Assembly (NCBI GenBank): GCA_965246885.1
Contig: OZ251992.1
Span: 896,001 to 960,000, forward strand
DNA length: 64,000 nucleotides
Direction of reading: 5' to 3'
From: Abditibacterium sp.
Lineage (GTDB): Bacteria; Armatimonadota; Abditibacteriia; Abditibacteriales; Abditibacteriaceae
The notes beneath the pieces are model-generated. The model was not told where the DNA came from. It made no database searches and saw only the letters and a program-made list of their open reading frames with translations. The position numbers and the translations under genes are program-made. Positions 36,423-45,582 of this stretch are shown here, piece by piece (position 1 is the first letter of the stretch; every line of letters starts with the position of its first letter).

Positions 36423-37826
36423 ATGGCGGAACAAATGGGAAAGAACCGAGCGCGCTTTAAGTTGCGCGAAGCCGCGCAAGCTATGGGCGGAAGATATATC
36501 GGCACCCACGAGGCGGAGTTGGTTGGCGTCGTCACCGATTCCCGTTTGGTCGCAGAAGGCAATCTTTACTTCGCGTTAAAGGGCGAGAAGTTCAACGGGC
36601 ACGACTTTCTCCGCGAAGTCGCCCTCCAAGACGTTGGGGCAACCGTTATCTGCGACGAGTGCTACATCTACTCCCCGCACATCGTTGTTGATGACACCCT
36701 CCTCGCCCTCGGCGACCTCGCGCGTCACCACCGCCGCCGCTTCGACATCCCCGTTATCGGCATCACCGGCAGTTACGGCAAAACCTCGACGCGCGCTTTG
36801 CTCGATGCGGCGCTGGGCGCGAAGTTCAACACCCTCGCGTCGGGGGCGAACTTCAACAACGAAATCGGCGTGCCGATGACGCTGTTCCAGTTGGACGAGA
36901 CGCACGAGGCCGCCATCATCGAGATGGGGATGCGCGGGCGCGGGCAGATTGCTTATCTGGCGGGCGTCGCCGAGCCGAGTGTGGGCGTCATCACCAACAT
37001 CGGGCCGCAACACATCGAACTGCTCGGCTCCTTGGAGGAAATCGCGCGCGCCAAAGCCGAGTTGGTCGAGGCGCTCCCCGCCGATGGCCTCGCGGTTTTG
37101 CCGTTCGATTCGCCGCTTTTCGAGATGCTCCGCGCAAAATGCCCCTGCCGAGTCGTCACCTTCGGGGCGGGCGAGGGCGCCGATTACCGCGTCGTGGGCG
37201 TGCAAGTCAGTCCCGATGGCGGCGTGGAGTTCTCCATCGAGTTCGGCATCGGCGCCAAGTCGCAGCCCGTCACGCTCGCGGTTCCCGGCGTTCACAACGC
37301 GCTCAACACTTCCGCCGCCTTCGCCGTCGCGCACCAATTGGGCGTCGAAGCGGGTGACATCGCCCTCGCGTTGGAGAGCGCCGAACTCCCCGGCGCGCGG
37401 ATGCGCGTCGTCCGAACCGCCTCCGGCGCCACGCTCATTGACGACTGCTACAACGCTGGCCCCGATTCCACGCGCGCCGCGCTGCAAACCCTGCTCGATT
37501 TCCCCGGCGCGGGCCGCCGCGTCGCCATTTTGGGCGACATGTTGGAGTTGGGCGCGTTCTCCGAAGCCGAACACCGGAAAATCGGCGCCTTCGCGGGGCA
37601 GTTCGTGGAACTGCTCGTCGGCGTGGGCGGCGAAACGCGGCCCCTCCTGAACGCCGCCATTGACGCCGCCCGCGAAGTCGAGAACGAAATGGAAACCCAC
37701 TGGTTCGCGTCTGCCGCAGACGCCCGCGCCGCCGTTCGGGACATGCTGCAACCCGCCGACGTGGTGCTGGTCAAGGGCAGCCGAAGCGTCGGCTTGGAAG
37801 CCGTCGTCGAGGAGTTAACTCAGTAG
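36423..37826 (+). CDS. murF: UDP-MurNAc-tripeptide:D-Ala-D-Ala ligase
   Basis: GITGSYGKTS, NFNNEIGVP, EMGM, DDCYNA, GDMLELG, KGSR. Confidence 0.96.
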   Translation: MAEQMGKNRARFKLREAAQAMGGRYIGTHEAELVGVVTDSRLVAEGNLYFALKGEKFNGHDFLREVALQDVGATVICDECYIYSPHIVVDDTLLALGDLARHHRRRFDIPVIGITGSYGKTSTRALLDAALGAKFNTLASGANFNNEIGVPMTLFQLDETHEAAIIEMGMRGRGQIAYLAGVAEPSVGVITNIGPQHIELLGSLEEIARAKAELVEALPADGLAVLPFDSPLFEMLRAKCPCRVVTFGAGEGADYRVVGVQVSPDGGVEFSIEFGIGAKSQPVTLAVPGVHNALNTSAAFAVAHQLGVEAGDIALALESAELPGARMRVVRTASGATLIDDCYNAGPDSTRAALQTLLDFPGAGRRVAILGDMLELGAFSEAEHRKIGAFAGQFVELLVGVGGETRPLLNAAIDAAREVENEMETHWFASAADARAAVRDMLQPADVVLVKGSRSVGLEAVVEELTQ

Positions 37827-38942
37827 ATGCCCGCCCCAACCCAAATGTGGATCATCCGCCTGCTGGATAACCCCTTGTTCATCGCCATGCCTTTTTTCCT
37901 CTTCTCGTGGGTGCTAATGCTACTGGGTGGCGGCGCGCTCATCGCGCGGCTCAAGTCGCTTAAAGGCATGAAATGGTCGCCGCGCGAGGACACGCCCGAC
38001 TCGCACCTGCAAAAAGCGGGCACGCCTTCGATGGGAGGGCTTGGGATCTTAGGCGCCGCGTCTCTCGCGTGGATTGCGGCGCTCACGATGATTATCGGCT
38101 TGGGTTATGCTGGTGGAAGAGGTTCGACGGGAATGGGCGTTTGGATATGGGTCGCGCTCAATCTCTTTTTCCTGTGCATCCTCGCGCATGGCGCTCTCGG
38201 GTTGGCCGACGATTTGTCCAAAGCGCGCGGAAAGGGCGGGCTGACTTCCAAGCAAAAGCTGGCTGGACAGATCGTGTTGGCCGCGCTGTTCCTTATAGCG
38301 GTGCGGTTATTTATGACACCTGCGGGAATCATCGCGTTGCCGGAGGAGCGCGGCTTATATTTCACCCTGCCCGTTGGCTTTCTGTGCCTGCTGCTGATTA
38401 TCGGCACCTCGAACGCGGTCAACCTAACCGACGGCATTGACGGCCTCGCGGCAGGTTTGTGCGTTCAAGTGTCGCTTGTCTTTGGTCTGTTGTTTTTCGA
38501 GACGTGGCATAACGCGGAAGTCGGATTCTTCGCCAGCGTTGCGGCGATTACTTGGCTCTGTTTGGGCGGCGCGTGTTTGGGCTTCCTCGCGTTCAACCGC
38601 AACCCGGCGAAGGTGTTCATGGGCGATACCGGCTCGCTTGCGTTGGGCGCGGCGTTGGGGGCGGGGGCGGTGTTGACGCGCTCAGTGTTTCTGCTGCCGT
38701 TCGTGGGGTTCGTCTTCTATATAGAGATGTTCTCCGTCATCGCCCAAGTCCTCTACTTCAAATACACCAAGCGCAACGGCGAGGGGCGGCGCATCTTTCG
38801 CCGCGCGCCGCTCCACCACCACTTTGAACTGGGCGGCTGGAGCGAATGGCGCGTCGTCGGCACCTTCTGGCTCGTCAACGCCCTCACGACCGCGCTCGGC
38901 CTCCTCCTCTGGAAAGCGAACATCCTGCCGCGCTTCCCCTGA
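37827..38942 (+). CDS. mraY: Phospho-MurNAc-pentapeptide transferase
   Basis: KAGTPSMGG, SNAVNLTDGIDGLA, FMGDTGS, APLHHHFE. Confidence 0.96.
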   Translation: MPAPTQMWIIRLLDNPLFIAMPFFLFSWVLMLLGGGALIARLKSLKGMKWSPREDTPDSHLQKAGTPSMGGLGILGAASLAWIAALTMIIGLGYAGGRGSTGMGVWIWVALNLFFLCILAHGALGLADDLSKARGKGGLTSKQKLAGQIVLAALFLIAVRLFMTPAGIIALPEERGLYFTLPVGFLCLLLIIGTSNAVNLTDGIDGLAAGLCVQVSLVFGLLFFETWHNAEVGFFASVAAITWLCLGGACLGFLAFNRNPAKVFMGDTGSLALGAALGAGAVLTRSVFLLPFVGFVFYIEMFSVIAQVLYFKYTKRNGEGRRIFRRAPLHHHFELGGWSEWRVVGTFWLVNALTTALGLLLWKANILPRFP

Positions 38943-38991
38943 GCAACCGGGGTGTGGGAAAAGGCGTCTACCTTTGCCGGAGGCGAAGGCA

Positions 38992-39165
38992 ATGACGGAA
39001 GAAAAAAAGAACCCACGCGATTATACCCGTGCGGAAGAGTTGGAACTGCTGCGGCAACTCAGCGAGAAAATCCGGCTTGACCCGGCTTATGGATTTCAAC
39101 TGCTCCAAAAAGCGGGCATCTACGATGAGAACGGCGAACTGACGGAGAAATACCGTGACAGGTGA
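38992..39165 (+). CDS. Small hypothetical protein (putative antitoxin/partner)
   Basis: GGAGG upstream; 57 aa; LQKAGIYDENGELT; overlaps the next gene. Confidence 0.65.
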   Translation: MTEEKKNPRDYTRAEELELLRQLSEKIRLDPAYGFQLLQKAGIYDENGELTEKYRDR

Positions 39166-39775
39166 AGTTGAAGTCGGAAGGTGGGACGTTTACAAAGTCC
39201 CGCCTTCTTTTGTGTTGGGCTTTCACGGCTGCGACCGCGCGGTGGGAGAGGCCGTGCTGCGCGGTGACATCGACCACTTGTTGCCCAGCGAAAACGACTA
39301 TGATTGGCTAGGGACGGGCATCTACTTTTGGGAGGGGAATCCGCAACGCGCGCTCGATTTTGCCGTTAAGCGGTCAGGGGGCAAACCTAACTCACGCGGC
39401 GAAATCGCAGAGCCGTTCGTGTTGGGCGCAATTATCAACTTGGGCTTTTGCCTCGACTTGCGCGACTCGTCGTCATTGCTGGAAGTTCAATCCGCCTATG
39501 CCGACTTCGCTGCGACGACGGCAAGCGTGGGACGGGAGTTGCCGCGCAATGTGGGCGACGACTTCAAATTGCGAAGGTTGGATTGCGCTGTCGTTAATTC
39601 GCTTCACTTGCGCCGCGAAGTCCAAGGCTTGAGAGCCTACAACACAGTCCGCGCTGACTTCTGGGAGGGCGGCGAACTTTATCCCGGCGCCGGATTCCGC
39701 GAGCAAGACCATGTCCAAATCTGCGCCCGCGACACCCGTTCCCTCGTTGGCTACTTCCGGCCCATCGCGGAGTGA
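39155..39775 (+). CDS. Hypothetical protein, possible ADP-ribosyltransferase-like fold
   Basis: GFHGC, DWLGTGIYFWE, QIC motifs. Confidence 0.6.
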   Translation: MTGEVEVGRWDVYKVPPSFVLGFHGCDRAVGEAVLRGDIDHLLPSENDYDWLGTGIYFWEGNPQRALDFAVKRSGGKPNSRGEIAEPFVLGAIINLGFCLDLRDSSSLLEVQSAYADFAATTASVGRELPRNVGDDFKLRRLDCAVVNSLHLRREVQGLRAYNTVRADFWEGGELYPGAGFREQDHVQICARDTRSLVGYFRPIAE

Positions 39776-39850
39776 CGCGCCGTTGTTGTCCCGCTGGGGC
39801 GCAACGATGCAAAATGTTCTGCGCGCTTTTGCGTCCTTGCGAAGCAACCT

Positions 39851-41335
39851 ATGAACGACTTTCACAACACAACCGCCGCCGTCATTGGCTTGGCGCGCGC
39901 CGGGGTTCCCTCTGCGCGGTTTCTTCTCGAACGCGGCGCGCGCGTCGTCGGCTATGACGCCAAGGAGCGCGCACAAGTGGGCGAGGACGTTCTCGCCCTC
40001 GAAGCGGCGGGCGTCGAATTGCGCTTGGGCGAACACGGCTTCGCGGGCATCGAAGCGTGCGACTTGGTGGTTTTGTCGCCGGGTTTGAAGGTGCATTTCG
40101 AGCCGCTCCGCTCGGTCATCGAAGCGGTCGAGGCGCGCGGCGGGGAAGTCATCGGCGAACTCGAACTGGCGAGCCGCTTTTGCCCCTGCCCCATCATCGG
40201 CGTGACGGGCACCAAGGGCAAATCCACGACGGTCAAGCTCATCACCGAAATGTTGCTCGCGTGCGGCGTGCGCGCGGTGAGCGCGGGCAACACCGGCACG
40301 CCGCTCATTTCCGTCTTGCCGCAGTTGGACAAGGACAGTTGGGCCGTCGTCGAAGTGTCGAGCTTTCAACTCGAAAAAGCGCCGACGTTCAAACCGAAAA
40401 TCGCCGTGCTGCTGTCGCTCCTCGAAGACCACCAAGATTACCACCCGACGTTGGAGCAGTATTGGGAAACCAAGCTGAGGATATTTGCGAATCAGGGGGA
40501 GGGAGATACGACGATCTTTAATGTGGATGATCCGCGTGTGCTCAGCCACTTTTTGCGCGATGAAAAGAGCGACCTGCCCTTAGCAACAACGTGTCGAGCT
40601 TTGGAAGAAGTTTCTGAACTGAAATGGTGGCAGGGAGTTGGTGATAAGGAGTTCGACACGTTACCTTGGGTATGGGGAGACAGTAGCCGCGAGTTTCTTC
40701 ACTTGTTCGCTTATCTGGTTGATCTTCGGGTTTCTCTTGCGGAATTTCCACTCAAAGGAACTCACAACATCTCAAATTTGGCGGCGGCTTTAGGTGCCGT
40801 TGCTTTGGTTGTGCATCTGGGGCCAAATGGTTTTTCATTTCCTGAAGAACGCAAGCAGCACTTGAACGCGATTCAGGAAATAATCAACAATTTCCAATCC
40901 CTCCCCCACCGCCTTGAAGTCGTGGCGACCAAAGATGGCGTGACTTATGTGAACGATTCGCAGTCCACGATTCCCGATGCGAGCATCGCGGCATTGCGGG
41001 CGTTTCCCTCTCCGGTGTCGCTGCTTTTGGGTGGGCGGGCGAAGATTGGCGCGGAGTCTTACGCGGCTTTGATGCGCGAAGTTGCGCGGAGCGGGGCGAA
41101 GATTTTCTTGTTTGGCGAGGCGGCGGGGCTGTTAGAAGAAGTGGCGCATAGGGAAAATGTGGAAAATTTTTGCATTTACAGGGAAAACACGTTGTCAGAC
41201 GCCTTGCAATTGGTGAAAATGAATAGCACTTCTGGAGAAACCGTTGTTTTGAGTCCCGCTTGCGCGAGTTTCGACCAATTTTCGTCCTATGAAGAACGCG
41301 GCGAGACGTTTCGGCGTTTAGTGCGCGCGCTGTAG
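39851..41335 (+). CDS. murD: UDP-MurNAc-L-Ala:D-Glu ligase
   Basis: VLSPG, GVTGTKGKSTT, EVSSFQL, HRLE, NDS, LSPACASFDQF. Confidence 0.96.
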   Translation: MNDFHNTTAAVIGLARAGVPSARFLLERGARVVGYDAKERAQVGEDVLALEAAGVELRLGEHGFAGIEACDLVVLSPGLKVHFEPLRSVIEAVEARGGEVIGELELASRFCPCPIIGVTGTKGKSTTVKLITEMLLACGVRAVSAGNTGTPLISVLPQLDKDSWAVVEVSSFQLEKAPTFKPKIAVLLSLLEDHQDYHPTLEQYWETKLRIFANQGEGDTTIFNVDDPRVLSHFLRDEKSDLPLATTCRALEEVSELKWWQGVGDKEFDTLPWVWGDSSREFLHLFAYLVDLRVSLAEFPLKGTHNISNLAAALGAVALVVHLGPNGFSFPEERKQHLNAIQEIINNFQSLPHRLEVVATKDGVTYVNDSQSTIPDASIAALRAFPSPVSLLLGGRAKIGAESYAALMREVARSGAKIFLFGEAAGLLEEVAHRENVENFCIYRENTLSDALQLVKMNSTSGETVVLSPACASFDQFSSYEERGETFRRLVRAL

Positions 41336-41395
41336 AGTTCTTTCACAATCCGGTTTCCCGCTTCTCCACTTCACACCACCATCGCAGCCAACAAT

Positions 41396-42925
41396 ATGAA
41401 GCCACAAGACACCACCGTCGCCGTCCGGCCTCGTTTCGAGCGCCACAAAACTGCCCGCCCGCTCCGCCACTTGGACGAAACGGGCCTTTCCGCGCCGTCC
41501 CGCATGGGCCGAGGGACGCGCCCCGAACTGGAATTAGTGCCCGCTGTCGGCTCACAGGCGTCCGCCGTCGGCTCGCGGGCGTCCGCCACTGCGCCACAGA
41601 CATCTGCCGTCGCGCGAGAGACGTCCGCCGTCGCGCGAGAGACGTCCGCCGTCGCGCGAGAGACGTCCGCCGTCGCGCGAGAGACGTCCGCCGTCGCGCG
41701 AGAGACGTCCGCCGTCGCGCGAGAGACGTCCGCCGTCGCGTCGCCGCTATCCCCCGCCGAAGCGCGGAAGTTCAAAAAGCTGGTCGCGCCGTCCGTGCCC
41801 ATCGCGCCGTGCCATTGGGGGTTGCTCGTGGCGGCGCTCTTGCTCGCGGCGGCGTCGGTGCCGCTCGTGTACTCGGCTTCGACGGCCATCGCGCTCGACC
41901 AGCACGGTGGCGACTCGAATGTGTTTCTGTGGAAGCAACTGCAAAACGTCTTTGCGGGCATCGTGCTGATGGTGCTGGTGTCGCGCGTGCGCACCGCGAG
42001 TGTGCGCGGCTTCGCGTGGGGCCTGTACTTCGCAGCGATTGTAGGGCTGGTGCTGACGAAGTTCTCGCCGCTCGGCTTTTCGATGGGCAACGTCGAGCGC
42101 TGGGTGAAAATCGGGCCGCTCACCTTCCAATTCTCCGAACTGGCAAAAATTGCGCTCATTGGCGTGATGGCGGACTACTGGCACTTGTCGGCCAAACGCG
42201 CGCAACGCTCGCTTGAGCCTTGGCTGGGCGCGGCGGTAATCGCCGCGATCCCGGTCGCGCTCACCTTCATTCAACCGCACTTGTCGGCGGCTTTGGTGCT
42301 GGCCGCCATTCCGTTCGTCGTCGCGTATTGTGCGGGCGTGCCGGGTGCGCATTTTCAGAAGATTTTGCTGCCCATTCTCGTCTTGGGCGCCGTTGGGATG
42401 GCGCTGTGCAAGACGCACTCCGTCCCGTTCTTGGCTCCCTACCAACAAGACCGCATCGCCGCCAAACTGTCCGGCGGCGGAGACGAGCAGGGCGGCAACT
42501 ACCAACAACTTCAAGGCGAGCGCGCCATCGAGCGCGGCGGCATGGGCGGCGTCGGTTTGGGCGGGTCGTTGTATAAGAACGGGCATTTGCCCGCGCCTCA
42601 CACGGATTTCATCTTCGCCGTCATCGCCGAAGAAACCGGCTTGTGGGGCAGCGTGTTGCTCATCGGCTTGTATGGCTCCATCGTGTTCTTCTGCTTCCAG
42701 ATTGGGCACTCGTCGCGCGACGGCTTCCAGAAGCTGCTGTGTTCGGGCGTGGGCGCGCTGTGGGCGATTCAGGCTCTGGGCAACATCTTCATCGTGAGCG
42801 GCTGGGGGCCAGTGACCGGCTTGCCCTTGCCCGGCTTAACCTACGGCGGCTCCGGTTTGTGGTGCGCCCTGTTGGGTGTGGGTTTAGTGCTGGGCGTGTC
42901 GCGCGCGCATTGTGAAGAGAAGTAA
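41396..42925 (+). CDS. ftsW: SEDS peptidoglycan polymerase with a repeat-containing N-terminal tail
   Basis: RW..GP..FQFSE.AK, LPAPHTDFIFAVIAEE.G, P.TG.PLP..TYGGS. Confidence 0.92.
   Translation: MKPQDTTVAVRPRFERHKTARPLRHLDETGLSAPSRMGRGTRPELELVPAVGSQASAVGSRASATAPQTSAVARETSAVARETSAVARETSAVARETSAVARETSAVARETSAVASPLSPAEARKFKKLVAPSVPIAPCHWGLLVAALLLAAASVPLVYSASTAIALDQHGGDSNVFLWKQLQNVFAGIVLMVLVSRVRTASVRGFAWGLYFAAIVGLVLTKFSPLGFSMGNVERWVKIGPLTFQFSELAKIALIGVMADYWHLSAKRAQRSLEPWLGAAVIAAIPVALTFIQPHLSAALVLAAIPFVVAYCAGVPGAHFQKILLPILVLGAVGMALCKTHSVPFLAPYQQDRIAAKLSGGGDEQGGNYQQLQGERAIERGGMGGVGLGGSLYKNGHLPAPHTDFIFAVIAEETGLWGSVLLIGLYGSIVFFCFQIGHSSRDGFQKLLCSGVGALWAIQALGNIFIVSGWGPVTGLPLPGLTYGGSGLWCALLGVGLVLGVSRAHCEEK
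41537..41746 (+). repeat. In-frame 21-bp tandem repeat in ftsW (10 units, TSAVARE)
   Basis: Five identical ACGTCCGCCGTCGCGCGAGAG units (41621-41725) plus degenerate flanking units. Confidence 0.95.
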
Positions 42926-42946
42926 GTGCTTACTGCGCCCGCGTTG

Positions 42947-43801
42947 TCATCTCGAATAGCGCGGGCGCCACAGGGAGCGAGCGAGGGGCGGGTGTGCGCC
43001 GGTGTAGGTGGGCGTGACGGCGCGCATCTTGTCCTTGGCGTCCTGAGGCCAGTCGGCAGGGACAGCGTGGGTTTTGGCGACGACTTGGGCTTGGATGGGT
43101 TCGGGCAGTTGGTCGAAGTCGGGCTGAAACCAGAGGGTGATGAGCGTGCGGCGCTCGTTCGTTTGGTTGTCGTGGGCGGCGTGGAGCAAGCGAGCGTCGC
43201 CCACGAGCAAGTCACCTGCGCGCACCGGCACGTCCACTTCGTCGGGACGGTCAGAAAACTCGACCTGTTCGTGCGCGTTCTCCATCTTCGACAGCCGCTC
43301 GGAGTGCGGCTCGGCGAGCAGGGCGTGAAGCGGGTTCTCTTCGATGTGCGAGCGCGGAATGGCTCGCAAGCAACCGTTCTCGCGCGAGGTGTCGCTCAGG
43401 TAATACATGAGGAACAGTTGCGGCGGCGGGTTTTGGTAGGAGCGGTCGTCGTCCCACGCGAACCAGTCGTAGTGCCAGAACAAGCGCGGGCCAAGCGGCG
43501 CTTTGGAGATAACGTAGCCATCGGAAAAGGTGGCGCTGCTGAAGCCGAGTTGTTGCAAGCACTCCAAGGCGGGAGGAAACGCGATGAGGTCGGCAAAGAT
43601 GGGGTCGGAGTTAGTGAGGATGAGCGAGCCTTGCGCTTTGAGTTGTTCGCGCTCGGCCTCGGTGCGGGCATCGAGCAGGGCGTCCGTCACGGCGCGTAAG
43701 CGCCCCAAAAAGGCGGGTGGCAAAAGGTCGGGAAACACAACGAACCCCTTTTCGAGGAGTTGGGCGCGCTTGGCGGTGTCGAGGGCAATGGATGAAGTCA
43801 T
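42947..43801 (-). CDS. Phytanoyl-CoA dioxygenase (PhyH)-family 2OG/Fe(II) oxygenase
   Basis: WHYD, ENGCLR.IP.SH, distal His, RR. Confidence 0.88.
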   Translation of the reverse strand: MTSSIALDTAKRAQLLEKGFVVFPDLLPPAFLGRLRAVTDALLDARTEAEREQLKAQGSLILTNSDPIFADLIAFPPALECLQQLGFSSATFSDGYVISKAPLGPRLFWHYDWFAWDDDRSYQNPPPQLFLMYYLSDTSRENGCLRAIPRSHIEENPLHALLAEPHSERLSKMENAHEQVEFSDRPDEVDVPVRAGDLLVGDARLLHAAHDNQTNERRTLITLWFQPDFDQLPEPIQAQVVAKTHAVPADWPQDAKDKMRAVTPTYTGAHPPLARSLWRPRYSR

Positions 43802-43821
43802 GCGATAGAAATGGCTAAAGG

Positions 43822-44769
43822 TTAGGTCGCGCCCAGTGTGGTGGGCAGGGCGCGCAGTTGATCGAGAAAGATGGCGGGGATGGCGCCGTCGTTGCCGATG
43901 GGCACGTCCCACGTGATGGCGCCGCCGCGCTCCGTCACGTATTGGGTGTAACCGCGCACGAGGTCAAGCGGGAAACGCGGCGCGCCGCTGCCCCATCCTT
44001 GGCCCAAGTAGGTGAGCAGATGGAACTGGCGCCCGCCGACAGTTGGCTCGACGGGGCGGAAGTGGAGGCCGGGTGCGGCAAAGCCCAGCGCGAGGGCGTT
44101 GTCCAGTTCGCCCGCCGTGTAGTCTTCGTGCGCGGTCATGGAAATGATGGGCGTCAAGACGCCGGGGTTGAAGGCGACCAGAGCATCGGGGTGGCCCGCT
44201 TTGAGGGCGGCGGCGAAAGACGCGAAGTTGGGCGCGTCGTCGGACGCATACATCGCGTCGGGCCAGTAGCAACCGTCTATCCACCACGCGCTGATGCGCG
44301 CGCCCCAGCGCTCCGACCACTCGCGGATCACGGCTTCCCAACGCTTTTGGAAGTCGGCGTTGCGGTGCGGCCCAATGCTCCACCCCAGTTTCTCAACGGC
44401 CAGAGCGTCGTGTTCGGGCGCCCCCGATGGCAGATACGCCATGAAGCGGATACCGCGCGCAGCCAACGCATCGGCAACATCGGCGATGAGGTCGCGGCGC
44501 GAGCACAGGCTCGGTGCGCGTCCCACGAAGCCGTCGTAGGTGGCGTTGGGAGCGCAATAGTGCCCGGAGTTCTGACCGATGGTGAGGCCAAAGTAAGCTG
44601 CGCCCGCGTCGTGCAATTGCGAGGCGAGCCGCGCGGCGTCGAAGGAATCCACCCGCGCGTTCCACGCCCGCGCCGAAGTGCCCGAAACGACGGTGCTTGA
44701 GGCAGGGGAGTCGAGGTAATGAGCGAAAACGCCCCATCTGGCGGAGCGGAGCCAGTTCGTGGTGGACAT
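43822..44769 (-). CDS. Alpha-L-fucosidase-like (GH29-related) TIM-barrel protein
   Basis: WGVFAHY, FDA..LA.Q..AGA.Y, RDLI, WWIDG. Confidence 0.6.
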   Translation of the reverse strand: MSTTNWLRSARWGVFAHYLDSPASSTVVSGTSARAWNARVDSFDAARLASQLHDAGAAYFGLTIGQNSGHYCAPNATYDGFVGRAPSLCSRRDLIADVADALAARGIRFMAYLPSGAPEHDALAVEKLGWSIGPHRNADFQKRWEAVIREWSERWGARISAWWIDGCYWPDAMYASDDAPNFASFAAALKAGHPDALVAFNPGVLTPIISMTAHEDYTAGELDNALALGFAAPGLHFRPVEPTVGGRQFHLLTYLGQGWGSGAPRFPLDLVRGYTQYVTERGGAITWDVPIGNDGAIPAIFLDQLRALPTTLGAT

Positions 44770-44772
44770 GAG

Positions 44773-45561
44773 CTAACGGGTTGCGCCCGCATGGGCGGGG
44801 AAGTGGGCGGCGTCTTGGTGCCAAGGAACGAGGCCGCACAGTTGGCGGCGGATGGGGTCGGTTTGGCGGGCGGCAAATTCGGGCGTGGTGTCATACCCAT
44901 CGGCCCACTGCTTCATCCAAGCGTGCTTATAAAGGATCATGATGAGGCGGCGGTCGCAGTCGCTCGTGTTGGCGGAGTTGGTGTGCCAGATTTCCGTGTT
45001 GTTGATGAGGCAACTCCCGGCGGGGCCGGTGATGCCGATTTGTCCCGGCGTGTTTGCGGGCTGCTGTCCGGGTGAGGTTTCGGGGCATAGTTCCGCGCGG
45101 GAGTGAGTGCCCGAAAGCAGAGTGAACGGGCCGGTGTCGTCGTGCACGTCGCCCAGAAAGTAGGTGGCGCGCACCCAGAAGTTTTGGCGTGGGAGCGGGA
45201 CGTTGGTCATCCACTGGAAGTCGGCGTGCCAGCCGATATAGGCCGGAGTGTGAGCGTATTTGTGGTCGAGTTCGCCGCCGCTCGCCAGTTCGATGTCGTA
45301 GCCGAGCACGCCGCGCGCGATGTCGAAGACCGGAGCATTGTCCATGAGTTGCTCAAACGCTGGGTCACGTTCGAGGATGCGGGGCACTTCGGTACGAAGC
45401 GCACCGTTTGCGCGCGGATGGAGCGCGAGTTGCGCGTCGTAGGCGCGGTTGAGTTCGAGTAGTTGCTCGGCGGACAGGGCGTTTTCGAGCAGAACATAGC
45501 CGTCGCGCGCGAGCAGTTCGAGCGCCTCGGACAGGGGCGTTTGGAGTGTGATGCGATTCAT
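44773..45561 (-). CDS. PhyH-family 2OG/Fe(II) oxygenase
   Basis: DGY, WHAD, GTH, IWH, RR. Confidence 0.88.
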   Translation of the reverse strand: MNRITLQTPLSEALELLARDGYVLLENALSAEQLLELNRAYDAQLALHPRANGALRTEVPRILERDPAFEQLMDNAPVFDIARGVLGYDIELASGGELDHKYAHTPAYIGWHADFQWMTNVPLPRQNFWVRATYFLGDVHDDTGPFTLLSGTHSRAELCPETSPGQQPANTPGQIGITGPAGSCLINNTEIWHTNSANTSDCDRRLIMILYKHAWMKQWADGYDTTPEFAARQTDPIRRQLCGLVPWHQDAAHFPAHAGATR

Positions 45562-45582
45562 AACAGATTTAATTTTTAGAGC

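Noticed and set aside
39797..39845. CGCAACGATGCAAAA / TTTTGCGTCCTTGCG imperfect inverted repeat before murD
   Set aside because: Short and imperfect; may be a decayed REP-like element but too weak to call
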